DNA of 64,000 nt from Acidimicrobiia bacterium (lineage in GTDB: Bacteria > Actinomycetota > Acidimicrobiia > Acidimicrobiales > CATQHL01), in the NCBI GenBank assembly GCA_009840735.1, contig VXNF01000108.1, positions 10,757 to 74,756 on the forward strand, in the 5' to 3' direction. Below are positions 8,993 to 19,027 of this stretch, one piece after another. The stretch's first letter is position 1. Every line of letters begins with the position of its first letter. A program made the position numbers and the translations under genes. Under the pieces are notes generated by a model that saw nothing but the letters and a program-made list of their open reading frames with translations, was not told the DNA's origin and ran no database searches.

Positions 8993-11900
8993 TCAGCGCA
9001 CGTAGCCCTGGCGGCGGTCGTTGGCTGCCTCGTCGGGGTGGCGGTCGGTGGGGTTGCCGAAGCCGCCGCCGCCGGGCAACTCGAGGATGAGCCGCCGGCC
9101 CGCGGGCACCGTCTGACGGCCTTTGGCGGCGAACGGCGTGCCGTCGTCGAGACGCAGCCGCCCGGGGGACCCGTCGCCGCCGCCGGCCCGGCCCCGCGCC
9201 GGGTTGTCGACGCGGTCGAACATGGCGGAGAACTCGAACAGGTAGCCGTCGGCGGGGCCGATCTCCATGATCTGGCCCAAGCCGCCGCGCTGGCGGCCGG
9301 CGCCGCCGCTGCCGGGGCGGATCTCCTTGCGCCAGATGACGATCGGGCCCACCTGCTCGGTGGCCTCGGCGCTCATCGTCATCACTCCCGACGGGAAGGC
9401 GGTGGCGGTCAAGCCGTCGAGGGTGGGCCGGGCGCCGCCTCCGCCGCTGTTGAACATGAGGATCTCCGCCGCCGGCAGCGGCGCCGTCGGGTCGGCGGCG
9501 CGGGCGCTCGCCTGGAAGTTCCAGATGGCGCCGGAACCCTCCGCGGGCACCACGTCGGGAAGGGCGTGGGCCAGGGCGCCGAGGCAGAGGTCGGTGACGA
9601 AGTGGCCGATGACGTGGCGCACGGCGATCGGGGCGGGTTCGGTGGCGTTGAGGATTACACCGGGTGGCGCGCTCACGGTGAACGGCCGCAGCGAAGCATG
9701 GTTGTTGGGCAGCTCCGGCGCCAACGCCACCAGCATCCCGTAGGTGAAATACGCCTGGGCGTAGGTGATCGGCACGTTGATGCCGAGCGGGCTGACGGGC
9801 GACGTTCCGGCGAAGTCGGCGTGCATGCCCTCCGGTGTCACGGTGAGGGTCGCGCAGAGATCCACCGGCTCGCCGTAGCCGTCCACTCGCATCTCGTTGC
9901 GGTAGGTGCCCGGCGGCACCGCCGCCAGCGCGCCGAGGGTGGCCCGGCGGGTGCGGTCGAATACGAAGTTCGCCACCCCTTCGAGGTCGGCGATGTTGAA
10001 CTCCTCGAACATGGCGGCGAGGCGCCGGCGTCCGATCTCATTGCAGGCGGCGAGGCCGTGGAGGTCGCCGATCACGTAGTCGGGTGCGCGCACGTTGTGG
10101 CGCAGGATGGCGATGAGGTCGCGGTTCAGCCGGCCGCGGTCGGCCCAGCGCATGATCGGGACCCGCAGCCCCTCCTCGTAGACCTCCCGTGCGTCGGGGC
10201 CCCAGCCCCGGCCGCCGACGTCGACCACGTGCGCGGTGGAGGCGAAGAAGCCGACGAGGTCGTCGCCGGTGAACACCGGCGTCGTGACGGTGAAGTCGTG
10301 CAAGTGGCCGGTGCCCTTCCAGGGGTCGTTGGTGATGTAGACGTCGCCGGGCGCGATGCTGTCGCGCCCGATGTCGGCGATGAAATGCCCGACGGCGGCG
10401 GCCATGGTGTTGACGTGGCCGGGCGTGCCGGTCACCGCCTGGGCGATCATGCGACCCTGACGGTCGAACACCCCAGCCGAGAGGTCGCCCGCCTCGCGCA
10501 CCGACGTGGCGAAGGCCGTGCGCACCAGCGTGCGGGCCTGCTCTTCCACGATCGAGATGAGACGGTTCCACATGACCTGCATCTGGACTTCGCCCGCCTC
10601 GCCGGCGGCGCTTCCTGCTGGTGCCGCCTGGTCGGCTGCTGTGGAATCGCGGCGGCCGGTCGCGGTTTGCGGTGCGGTCTCGGCGCGGATCACGAGTGTC
10701 CCGTCGGCCGCCACGACGGCGGCGTGGCGCGAACTCAGCACCGTCGTGGTCTGCTCCTCGACGATCAGCGCCGGTCCCCGCACCCGCTCGCCCGCCGCCA
10801 GCGCGGCCCGTTGCACGATGCCGGCCTGCAGCCGCTGCCCGGTCGTCGGGTCGTACACGGGCCGGGCGGCGCCCGGTGTCACCACCGCCCCCGCGGGCGT
10901 GGCGGCGAGGGGCTCGCGGGGCCGCCGCTGCGACGACACCCGCACTGACCAGCTGACCGCCTCGATGGTCAGGTCCTCGATGGCTCGCCCGAAGCGCGCC
11001 TCGTAGGCGGCGGTGAAGGCGTCCCTGAGTGCTTGCGCGGTCACGGGCCCCGGCGGCAGATCCACCGGGATCTCCCAGCCTTGGCCCCGGTAGCGCATCG
11101 ACGCCTGGCGCTCGGCGCGGCGCGGCGCGTCGGTGCCCTGGCTAACGAAGGCTTCGGCCTCGGCGGTGAGTCGGGCCAGCGTGTCGTTGACGCCGTCGGC
11201 GTCGAAGTGATCCACGGCGGTGTGGAAGCTGCGCGATGCCTCATAGGAGAACGGCGCCAGCAGGAACCCGATGGCCGAGCCGACTCCGGCGCCGGGAGGC
11301 ACCAGCACCTCGCTGAGGCCGAGCTTGTCCATGAGCCGGCTGGCGTGGACCGGGGCGCCGCCGCCGAAGGCCACCATTGCGAAGCCGCTGAGGTCCTTGC
11401 CGCTCTCCACGGCGTGGACGCGGGCCGCGTTGGCCATGTTCTCGTCTACGACCTCGGTCACACCGACCGCGGCGGTAACGGTGTCGGCGCCGAGCGGCGT
11501 CGCGATCGCCCGCATGGCCCCGGCGGCCCGCTCCGGCGACAGCGAGATGCCCTTGGCGCCGAACGTGTCGGGGTGCAGTCGGCCCAGGCAGACGTCGGCG
11601 TCGGTGACGGTGGGATCGTGGCCGCCGAGGTCGTAGGCCGCCGGGCCGGGCGCCGAGCCGGCGCTGCGCGGCCCGACGCGGATCTGCCCGAGGGAGTCCA
11701 CCGAGGCGATGGAGCCGCCGCCCGCGCCGATCTCCAGCATCTCGATCACCGGTATCGAGATCGGCATGCCGCTGCCCTTTTTGAACCGGGCTTCACGGGC
11801 CACCTCGAATGTGGATGCGGTGCGCGGCACGCAGTCCTCGATGAGGGTGATCTTGGCGGTCGTGCCGCCCATGTCGAACGAGCAGATGCGCCGCCGTCCG

Positions 11901-12727
11901 TGGCGGGCGGCCAGCTCCGCGGCGAAGACAGCGCCGCCCGCCGGTCCCGACTCCACCAGCCGCACCGGAAACGCTGCAGCCACCTCCACGCTCAACAGGC
12001 CGCCGCCGGAGTGGATGAGGTGCAGCGGGCAGGTGGCGCCGAGCCTGCGCAGCTCAGCCGCGAGGCGATGCAAGTAGGACGCCATGAGGGGCTGCACATA
12101 GGCGTTGGCGCAGGTGGTGTTGAAGCGCTCGTACTCGCGCATTCGTGGCGAGACCTCGCTGCTGAGCGAGGCGGCGACGCCCGGCGCGGCCTCCAGAAGC
12201 ATCGCCCGGAAACGGCGCTCGTGGTCGCCGTTGCGGTAGCTGTGCATGAAGCCGACGGCCACGGACTCGTAGCCGCCGTCGATCAGCTCCGCCACGACGG
12301 CACCGGCGGCGGCCTCGTCGAAGGGCACCAGCACCTCGCCCCGCGCGTTCAGGCGCTCGGCCACGACGTAGCGGTCCTTGCGCTCGATCAGCGGCGACGG
12401 CAACACGATGTTCAGGTCGTACTGCTCGAAGCGGCTCTCGGTGCGGGTCTCGATCACGTCGCGGAACCCTGCGGTTGTGACGAGGGCGGTGCGGGCGCCA
12501 GTGCGCTGGATGAGGGCGTTGGTGGCCAGCGTGGTGCCGTGGATGATCTGGGTCACCTCGGCTAGGTCGACGTCGTTGCCGGCGGCCAGCTCGGCCACCG
12601 CCGCCAGCACGCCCTCCTCGGGTCGGCCGGTGGTCAGCACCTTGGTGGACACGAAGCGGCCGTCGTGGCGTTCCAGCACCACGTCGGTGAAGGTGCCCCC
12701 CACATCCGCGCCGATGCGCAGCGGCAC
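8993..12727 (-). CDS. Fused hydantoinase/oxoprolinase A + B (HyuA-HyuB) protein
   Basis: 1244 aa. N-terminal IGADVGGTFTDVV (HyuA ASKHA fold) and C-terminal HyuB-type body, joined by a low-complexity Ala/Gly/Thr linker. Confidence 0.9.
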   Translation of the reverse strand: MPLRIGADVGGTFTDVVLERHDGRFVSTKVLTTGRPEEGVLAAVAELAAGNDVDLAEVTQIIHGTTLATNALIQRTGARTALVTTAGFRDVIETRTESRFEQYDLNIVLPSPLIERKDRYVVAERLNARGEVLVPFDEAAAGAVVAELIDGGYESVAVGFMHSYRNGDHERRFRAMLLEAAPGVAASLSSEVSPRMREYERFNTTCANAYVQPLMASYLHRLAAELRRLGATCPLHLIHSGGGLLSVEVAAAFPVRLVESGPAGGAVFAAELAARHGRRRICSFDMGGTTAKITLIEDCVPRTASTFEVAREARFKKGSGMPISIPVIEMLEIGAGGGSIASVDSLGQIRVGPRSAGSAPGPAAYDLGGHDPTVTDADVCLGRLHPDTFGAKGISLSPERAAGAMRAIATPLGADTVTAAVGVTEVVDENMANAARVHAVESGKDLSGFAMVAFGGGAPVHASRLMDKLGLSEVLVPPGAGVGSAIGFLLAPFSYEASRSFHTAVDHFDADGVNDTLARLTAEAEAFVSQGTDAPRRAERQASMRYRGQGWEIPVDLPPGPVTAQALRDAFTAAYEARFGRAIEDLTIEAVSWSVRVSSQRRPREPLAATPAGAVVTPGAARPVYDPTTGQRLQAGIVQRAALAAGERVRGPALIVEEQTTTVLSSRHAAVVAADGTLVIRAETAPQTATGRRDSTAADQAAPAGSAAGEAGEVQMQVMWNRLISIVEEQARTLVRTAFATSVREAGDLSAGVFDRQGRMIAQAVTGTPGHVNTMAAAVGHFIADIGRDSIAPGDVYITNDPWKGTGHLHDFTVTTPVFTGDDLVGFFASTAHVVDVGGRGWGPDAREVYEEGLRVPIMRWADRGRLNRDLIAILRHNVRAPDYVIGDLHGLAACNEIGRRRLAAMFEEFNIADLEGVANFVFDRTRRATLGALAAVPPGTYRNEMRVDGYGEPVDLCATLTVTPEGMHADFAGTSPVSPLGINVPITYAQAYFTYGMLVALAPELPNNHASLRPFTVSAPPGVILNATEPAPIAVRHVIGHFVTDLCLGALAHALPDVVPAEGSGAIWNFQASARAADPTAPLPAAEILMFNSGGGGARPTLDGLTATAFPSGVMTMSAEATEQVGPIVIWRKEIRPGSGGAGRQRGGLGQIMEIGPADGYLFEFSAMFDRVDNPARGRAGGGDGSPGRLRLDDGTPFAAKGRQTVPAGRRLILELPGGGGFGNPTDRHPDEAANDRRQGYVR

Positions 12728-12868
12728 GGCTAGCTGCTCCTAGCGGGGCGGTCGCCCTGGCGTGCGGGGGCCGGTGCCCGGGAGGGGTCGCCGGTGGTCG
12801 TCGCCCCCTTTGCCTGCCAGCGACTCGTGCAGGTGTCGATTTGAAGCGCGACCTAAGCCCATGCCTTC

Positions 12869-15055
12869 TCAGGAGGGTACCTTGGCGATGAACCAGCGGG
12901 CTCTCCAGCTGATCGGCGGCCCGGACTGCGACTCTTCGGGCTCGGGCGACTCGGCGAGCGCCATCGCTTCGGCAATGTCGAAGGAGTTGAACCGCGCCAG
13001 CACGAAGTCCGAGCCCACGGCGAGTGAGACCGGGGTGAGGCCCTCGCTGTCGCCTAGCCCGAAGGCCTGCGCGGCGTCCTGCCAGCCCCAACGCTCGCCG
13101 TCGGCCGACCAGCCGATCCAGATGGGAGGCACGCCGGTCGGGCCGAAGAGCTCCTCTCGGGTGTCCACGAGCCGGTCGGTGTCCGGGATCAGGTCCGCCT
13201 CGGTGAACCGCACGAGCTCCTCGCCGGTCACTGGATCGTCGAAGGCGACAGATGTGGTGCCGTCGGCTTCCTCGACTTCGCGCACGCCCGCCGGCGGCTC
13301 GTCGGCCTCCATCTGCTCGGCGGAGAGCTCGTAGACGGCCACGCCGTCGGCTATGTCCCACAGCGACAAGCCGTCGGCGCCGAGTCGCAACTCGTAGCCG
13401 TCCTTGATGAACGTGGCGCTGCCGATCAGGCTGCGGATCTGCTCCGGCAGCGCCCAAGCGGCGGTGGCCACCCCCGCCGGCCCGGCAGACAGCACGCCCA
13501 GCGGACCCAGCACGTCGAAGGCGGCGACGGGCCGCGGGGCGGAGTCGACGGCGCCGCGGCTGATGCTCAAGGCGCCGTTGCGGTCATGGGACTGCCAGAC
13601 GACGCCGTCGTGGCCGCGGGCGACCGTGCCGTAGCCCGACTCGCCCGTGGCCACCTCGACCCAGCGAAGCCCGTCGCTCGAGGTGAAGCGCCGGGTCTGG
13701 CTGTCGTCGAGGACCACGAAGGCGAAGCCGTCCTCGGTGGCCACCGCTGAGGTGACGCCGCCGGCGTGCTCGGCGACGCGGGAGACGGTCGATCCGTCAC
13801 CGGCCAGCACGACGACGCGCCCCGAGGCGTAGCCGTCGCAGTGTTCCAGCTGCTCCGGGGTGAGGTCCAGCTCGCTTAGGTCGACGCGGAGAAGTTGTTC
13901 TTCGTTACTGAGGTCCCAATCGGCCGGGTCGCCGAGGCGGATCGTGAGGGTGTCCTCGCTGCGTCGCCACTCGTGGGCGAGCGTGCCCGCTTCGATGAGA
14001 CCGCGCTCGGTGAGAATCTCCTGAATTTCCAGGAACCGGTGCAGCGAGACCAGCACCACCACCCGCTCGCCCGCTGCAAGCACCTCCTGCACCGCCGACC
14101 GCTCGGCGCAGTGCGGCGGCAGTTCCTGCGTCGGCGCGATGTCGAGCCCCAGTTCACCCCAGGTGCCCCCGCCGTCGTCGGACACGAAGACACGGCTGGC
14201 GATGGCGGTAGGAGGGTAGATGGGGTGATCCCAGTCGTTGCTGGCGATCACCCACCGATCTCCGGCGACGGCGAAGCGATGCGGAAAGGCCACGTCGGGC
14301 AGTTCGACGCTGCTCCAGGTGACGCCGTCCCCGGTGAGCGACAGCCGGTCGCCGTCGGGCCCTCGGATGCTTGCGACGATCCTCCCGTCGCCGAGCGACG
14401 ACAGCTCCACGGCGCTGGTTGCTTCCGCACCGAGATCGATGGAGGCTTCGGTCCACGCCAGGGCGGGGCCAGTGGATATAGCCGCGGGCGAGGGCAGGAG
14501 CGAGGCGGCCGACGCCGACGACGAGAGGACCGCCTCGGTTGCCTCGGCGTTGGTGTCTGCCTCGGCGCTGTCGTCCCGACCGATGGGAGGTGAATCGGCG
14601 GCGGCCGGCGCGGCGGCGGCCGGATCGGACTCGGCGGCGGATTCAGTTGCGGGAGCGGCGGCCGATTCGTCTCCGGCGGCGGGCGACCCCGACTCCCCAG
14701 CGGCCCGCTCGGCCTGCTCAGATGCCGTCGGCTCAGCTTGACTGCCCGCCCGCTCGGCGGCGGGTTCGGGCATCGTCGGCTGGGTGGCCACCTGGATGCT
14801 CCCGTCCCCACCGTCGCCGTCCAGCGTGTTCCAGGTCGCTAGGCCCGCGATCAGCGCGGCCGCGGCGGCGATCCCGACTGCGCCGTGGCGGACTCGCCGA
14901 GCTTTGGCCCGAGCGGCGGCCCGTGCGGCGATGTCAGCCACCGGCGGCGAGGAGATCGGGTTGTCGGCGCTCCTGCCGACGGCCTCGCCGAGGGCGCTGC
15001 CGAGCGCTTCGTGGCCGGCGGAAGGTCGGTCGTCGTGCTGGCGTTCGTCGGTCAT
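12869..15055 (-). CDS. Membrane-anchored protein with extracytoplasmic Asp-box (BNR-like) repeats, putative anti-sigma/partner of the ECF sigma factor
   Basis: The ATG at 15055 overlaps the sigma stop (ATGA). One TM helix (AVGIAAAAALIAGLATW), an Ala/Glu/Pro-rich linker, and Asp-box-like motifs SDDGGGTW, SSDGLRW and TGDGVTW. The track ORF extends further 5' in the same frame, but that part overlaps the sigma gene. Confidence 0.7.
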   Translation of the reverse strand: MTDERQHDDRPSAGHEALGSALGEAVGRSADNPISSPPVADIAARAAARAKARRVRHGAVGIAAAAALIAGLATWNTLDGDGGDGSIQVATQPTMPEPAAERAGSQAEPTASEQAERAAGESGSPAAGDESAAAPATESAAESDPAAAAPAAADSPPIGRDDSAEADTNAEATEAVLSSSASAASLLPSPAAISTGPALAWTEASIDLGAEATSAVELSSLGDGRIVASIRGPDGDRLSLTGDGVTWSSVELPDVAFPHRFAVAGDRWVIASNDWDHPIYPPTAIASRVFVSDDGGGTWGELGLDIAPTQELPPHCAERSAVQEVLAAGERVVVLVSLHRFLEIQEILTERGLIEAGTLAHEWRRSEDTLTIRLGDPADWDLSNEEQLLRVDLSELDLTPEQLEHCDGYASGRVVVLAGDGSTVSRVAEHAGGVTSAVATEDGFAFVVLDDSQTRRFTSSDGLRWVEVATGESGYGTVARGHDGVVWQSHDRNGALSISRGAVDSAPRPVAAFDVLGPLGVLSAGPAGVATAAWALPEQIRSLIGSATFIKDGYELRLGADGLSLWDIADGVAVYELSAEQMEADEPPAGVREVEEADGTTSVAFDDPVTGEELVRFTEADLIPDTDRLVDTREELFGPTGVPPIWIGWSADGERWGWQDAAQAFGLGDSEGLTPVSLAVGSDFVLARFNSFDIAEAMALAESPEPEESQSGPPISWRARWFIAKVPS

Positions 15056-15564
15056 TGTTCGATCACCTCCCGCAGCTGGGCCAGACCCCGGGACACCATG
15101 CTCTTGACGGTGCCGGGGCGGACCCCCATCGTCTCGGCGATCTCCCGCTCGGAGAGACCGGCGTAGAAACGCAGCACCAGGGCCGTCTTGCGCTTCGGCG
15201 GCAGGCTGTCGAGAGCGTCGAGCAGATAGTCCCGCTCGGCGGCCACGGGACGGGGATGGCCGAGGCCGACGCGCCGCCGCACCTCCCGCTTGCGCAGCTC
15301 GCTGCGCGCCCCGTTGACGACCGCGGTGCGCAGGTAGCCGCCCGGCGAGTCCAATCGATCCCAACGTTCGAAGACCCGGGCGAAGGCGTCCTGGGCGATC
15401 TCCTCGGCTGACTCCGACGTGTCGAGCAGCGCCCGCGCCAGGCGCACCATGGGCGCGTATTCGGCCCGGTAGAAGTCGTCGAAGTCGACAGCGATCACCT
15501 GCCTATCCAACACCGTTGGCAAGGTGGATGCGCGGTCGCCGTTGACAGCCACGAAGGTTCCCAT
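15052..15564 (-). CDS. ECF-type RNA polymerase sigma-70 family factor
   Basis: Region 2 (AEEIAQDAFARVFERWDRL...YLRTAVVNGA) and region 4 HTH (LSEREIAETMGVRPGTVKSMVSRG). ATG at 15564 is preferred because of the promoter geometry; a GTG at 15573 is also possible. Confidence 0.85.
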   Translation of the reverse strand: MGTFVAVNGDRASTLPTVLDRQVIAVDFDDFYRAEYAPMVRLARALLDTSESAEEIAQDAFARVFERWDRLDSPGGYLRTAVVNGARSELRKREVRRRVGLGHPRPVAAERDYLLDALDSLPPKRKTALVLRFYAGLSEREIAETMGVRPGTVKSMVSRGLAQLREVIEQ

Positions 15565-15574
15565 CACCCGCACC

Positions 15575-15600
15575 GACGCCCCAGGCGCCTGATCGGTTCC
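15575..15600 (-). promoter_or_regulatory. ECF-type promoter candidate GGAAC-N17-CGTC immediately upstream of the sigma gene (near-leaderless)
   Basis: The minus strand reads GGAACCGATCAGGCGCCTGGGGCGTC. The -10 element ends about 10 nt before ATG 15564. This matches the classical autoregulated ECF arrangement. Confidence 0.4.
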
Positions 15601-15692
15601 CGAGACCGCGCCGCGGGGCGCTCGACGGCGGGGACCGCGAACGCGCCCGAATCCGCCAGACTGGTTGTGTAGCGCACGCTCAACGAGGAGCC

Positions 15693-16862
15693 GTGATGTC
15701 TGTACTGGTCACCCCCAATCCCCTGCGCGAGGATCGAGACTGGCCGCCGGCGCCGCAGGAAATCGCCGGCTTCCATCGCCGCATGCCGGCTTACTCGCCG
15801 ACGCTCCTGCTGGACGCCCCCGAACTGGCTGAACGCCTCGGCGTGGGGCGACTGCTCGTCAAGGCCGAGACGCGCCGCATGGGCCTGCCGTCGTTCAAGA
15901 TCCTCGGCGCCTCCTGGGCCACCTACCAGGCGATCTGCGCCCACGTCGGCGCCCCGCCGGCCCGCTGGGGCAACATCAACGAGCTGGCGGCCCGGCTGGC
16001 GTACCTGCGCCCGCTGCAGCTGTGTACCGCCACCGACGGCAACCACGGCCGGGCAGTCGCCTTCATGGCCCGGCTGCTGGGCTTCGACGCCCACATCTTC
16101 GTGCCGGCCGGCATGGCGGCGGCCCGCGTCGAGGCCATGGAGTGGGAGGGCGCCAAGGTCACCATGGTGGCCGGCGACTACGACGACGCCGTGGCCCGGT
16201 CGGCGCAGGAGGCCGGCGAGCGCTGCATCGTGGTGTCCGACACCTCCTGGCCGGGCTATGAGACCATTCCCGACCAGGTGATCGAGGGATACACGACGAT
16301 CTTCGCCGAAGTGGACGAGGCCATCGCCGCCAGCGGCCTCGAGCAGCCCGAGCTGGTGGTGGTGCCGATGGGCGTCGGGGCGTTCATGTCGGCGGCGGTG
16401 ACGCACTACCGCTCGGGATCGCACCGCCCCGTGCTGGTGGGCACCGAGCCGATCGACGCCAACTGCGTGCAGGCTTCGGCGCTCGCCGGAGGGCTGACGC
16501 ACGTCCCCGGCCCGCACCGCTCGATCATGGTGGGCCTCAACTGCGGGCAGCCGTCGCCGGTGGCTTGGCCTCGCCTGGCCGCCGGGGTGGACTGGTTCGC
16601 CGCCGTCGACGACGAGGCGGCCCGCGGCGCCATGCGCGACCTAGCCGACGCCGCCGTCGTGGCCGGCGAGACCGGCGCCGCCTCCCTGGCCGGGCTCGTG
16701 GCGCTGCTGGGCGACCCGGCGGCCCGCGAGGCTCTGGGCGACCTGTCGGGCAGCTGCGTCATGGTGACGGTCACCGAAGGCGCCACCGACCCCGACGCCT
16801 ACGAGCGGATCGTGGGCCGCAGCCACGACACCGTCGGTCGAGTCCTCACCGCCATGCGCTGA
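15693..16862 (+). CDS. Fold-type II PLP-dependent enzyme, diaminopropionate ammonia-lyase-like
   Basis: 389 aa. PLP-lysine context PSFKILGASWA, and the overall Thr-dehydratase/DpaL-like pattern. Confidence 0.7.
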   Translation: MMSVLVTPNPLREDRDWPPAPQEIAGFHRRMPAYSPTLLLDAPELAERLGVGRLLVKAETRRMGLPSFKILGASWATYQAICAHVGAPPARWGNINELAARLAYLRPLQLCTATDGNHGRAVAFMARLLGFDAHIFVPAGMAAARVEAMEWEGAKVTMVAGDYDDAVARSAQEAGERCIVVSDTSWPGYETIPDQVIEGYTTIFAEVDEAIAASGLEQPELVVVPMGVGAFMSAAVTHYRSGSHRPVLVGTEPIDANCVQASALAGGLTHVPGPHRSIMVGLNCGQPSPVAWPRLAAGVDWFAAVDDEAARGAMRDLADAAVVAGETGAASLAGLVALLGDPAAREALGDLSGSCVMVTVTEGATDPDAYERIVGRSHDTVGRVLTAMR

Positions 16863-16943
16863 CCCGCGGACGGATTGGTCTCCTACGCGCCGGTAGCGTG
16901 ACCGGTGGCGGCTCGGAGCGAACGGGCCGGGACAGGAGCAGCC

Positions 16944-17876
16944 ATGACACGGACGTTTCGGTTCGGCTTGACCTTGGAGCGGACCAGCGATCAGGACCGG
17001 ATCGCTGAGCAGGCGCGCCGGGCCGAGGAGTTGGGTTACTCCTGCATGGTCGTGACCGACCACCTCGACGACCGCAACGGGCCGCTGGTGACGATCACCG
17101 CCGCGGCGCTGGCCACCTCGACGCTGCGGGTCGGCACGCTGGTGCTCTGCAACGACTACCGCCACCCCGTCGTGTTGGCCAAGGAGCTCGCCACGCTCGA
17201 CCGGCTCTCCGGCGGGCGGCTGGAGGTGGGCCTCGGCGCCGGCTGGATGACGACCGATTACGAGCAGGCCGGTCTGGTGAAGGACCGCCCGGGCGTGCGC
17301 ATCGAGCGACTGGCGGAGGCCGTCTCGGTCATGGACGGCTGCTTCGGCGACGGGCCTTTCGACTTCGCCGGGCAGCACTACACCGTCCGGGGCCTCGACG
17401 CCGGCCCGAAGCCCGTCCAGCGCCCGCGCCCGCCGCTGCTAATGGCCGGCGGCGGCCCCAAGATGCTGGCCCTGGCCGCGCAGCGGGCCGACATCGTGGC
17501 GGTCAACGTCAGCCTCCGCGCCGGCGTGATCGACGAGAGGGTGGCGGCCGACGCCACCGCTGAGGCCACCGACGAGAAGGTGGCGCTCGTGCGGGACGTG
17601 GCCGGTGACCGCCTCGGCGGCATCGAACTCAGCGTCGGCGTGTTCATCGCCGCGATCGTCGATAACCGGCGGGCGTTCGCTGAAGCGCTGGCGCCCGGCT
17701 TCGGAATCACCGCCGAGGCGGCCCTCGACTCGCCCCACGCCCTGTTCGGCACCGTCGATGACTGCGTCGCCGTCCTCGAGGAGCGTCGCCGGCGCTGGGG
17801 CGTGTCCTACGTGACGATCCCCGCAGAAGCCGCCGTGGAGTTCGCCCCCGTCGTCGAGCGCCTTACCGGCCGTTAG
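16944..17876 (+). CDS. LLM-class (luciferase-like) F420/flavin-dependent oxidoreductase
   Basis: MTRTFRFGL start typical of the LLM N-terminus, plus VTDHL and LSGGRLEVGLGAGW. The track ORF begins 39 nt earlier. Confidence 0.8.
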   Translation: MTRTFRFGLTLERTSDQDRIAEQARRAEELGYSCMVVTDHLDDRNGPLVTITAAALATSTLRVGTLVLCNDYRHPVVLAKELATLDRLSGGRLEVGLGAGWMTTDYEQAGLVKDRPGVRIERLAEAVSVMDGCFGDGPFDFAGQHYTVRGLDAGPKPVQRPRPPLLMAGGGPKMLALAAQRADIVAVNVSLRAGVIDERVAADATAEATDEKVALVRDVAGDRLGGIELSVGVFIAAIVDNRRAFAEALAPGFGITAEAALDSPHALFGTVDDCVAVLEERRRRWGVSYVTIPAEAAVEFAPVVERLTGR

Positions 17877-17980
17877 CGCCGGATCTTCCGCCGGTCGGCG
17901 GAGTCCGGTACCGTTGATTCGCCTGCAGGCGACGGGCGCCAGCAGGGCGGAATCAGTTGCCGCCAGTCGGGGAAGGGCAA

Positions 17981-19027
17981 ATGGCTAGGACCGAGGGCTA
18001 CGTGCCGGACGGCATGCCGATGGCGCCGCCGAGGTTCCTGACGCGGCCGTCGGGGTCGCTGAGGAACATCACCAAGCTCACCAAGCTGATGATGTGGCCC
18101 TACGGGTTGTTCTACATCGGGCTCTCGGTGGTGATCTGGAACTACTTCACGCCCGCGTTGGCCCGCATGGAACGCTTCGAGATCGGTTGGGTCGCCGAGA
18201 TCTACGTGCGCAACCTGGTGATGGTGGCGGTGTGGGTGAGCGCCATCCACTTCTGGCTCTACGTTCGCCGGGCGCAGGGCAAACGGTTCAAGTACGACGG
18301 CCAGTGGCTCAGCACCAGCGCCCGCCGATTCATGTGGCGCAACCAGGCGTGGGACAACGCCTTCTGGAGCCTCGCCAGCGCGCCTGTCTTCTGGACCTTC
18401 TGGGAGGCGCTGCTCTACTGGTGCTACGCCAACGACTACATCCCCCACGTCCGCTGGGGCGACGGGGTAGGCTGGATCGTCTACTTGGTGGTGATGACGG
18501 TCTTCTCGTTTTGGCTGGTGGCCGGCTACTTCTACGTGACCCACCGGTTCCTGCACACCAGGCCCATGTACCGCTGGGCGCACTACCTCCATCACAAGAA
18601 CGTCAACACCGGGCCGTGGTCGGGCCTGTCGATGCACCCGATCGAGCACCTGCTCTACTTCTCCACGCCGGTGTTCTTCCTGTTCATCCCCGCCAACCCG
18701 TTCATCATCATCGTCACGCAGATCTTCACCGGGCTGGCCCCGTCGCTCGGCCACTCCAACTTCGACCGCATCGTGACCGTCGGCGAACGCACCCTGCCCG
18801 CCGGCGACTACTTCCACGACCTGCACCACAAGTACTTCGAGTGCAACTACGGCACCCCGGTCGTCCCCGTCGACGCCTGGGTCGGCACCTGGCACGACGG
18901 CTCCCCCGAGGCCCACGAGCGGATGCGAGCCCGACGGGAGGCCGCCGGTAGCGCCCGATCAGGTCACTCGGTGGCGGCCTCCGCTGCTGCCTCGACGAGC
19001 GCCCGGAGCAGGTCGATCACCAGATAG
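17981..19027 (+). CDS. Fatty acid hydroxylase / sterol desaturase family membrane protein
   Basis: His boxes HRFLH, HYLHHKN and HDLHHKYFECNYG, with several TM segments. ATG at 17981 follows gggaaggg. Confidence 0.8.
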   Translation: MARTEGYVPDGMPMAPPRFLTRPSGSLRNITKLTKLMMWPYGLFYIGLSVVIWNYFTPALARMERFEIGWVAEIYVRNLVMVAVWVSAIHFWLYVRRAQGKRFKYDGQWLSTSARRFMWRNQAWDNAFWSLASAPVFWTFWEALLYWCYANDYIPHVRWGDGVGWIVYLVVMTVFSFWLVAGYFYVTHRFLHTRPMYRWAHYLHHKNVNTGPWSGLSMHPIEHLLYFSTPVFFLFIPANPFIIIVTQIFTGLAPSLGHSNFDRIVTVGERTLPAGDYFHDLHHKYFECNYGTPVVPVDAWVGTWHDGSPEAHERMRARREAAGSARSGHSVAASAAASTSARSRSITR

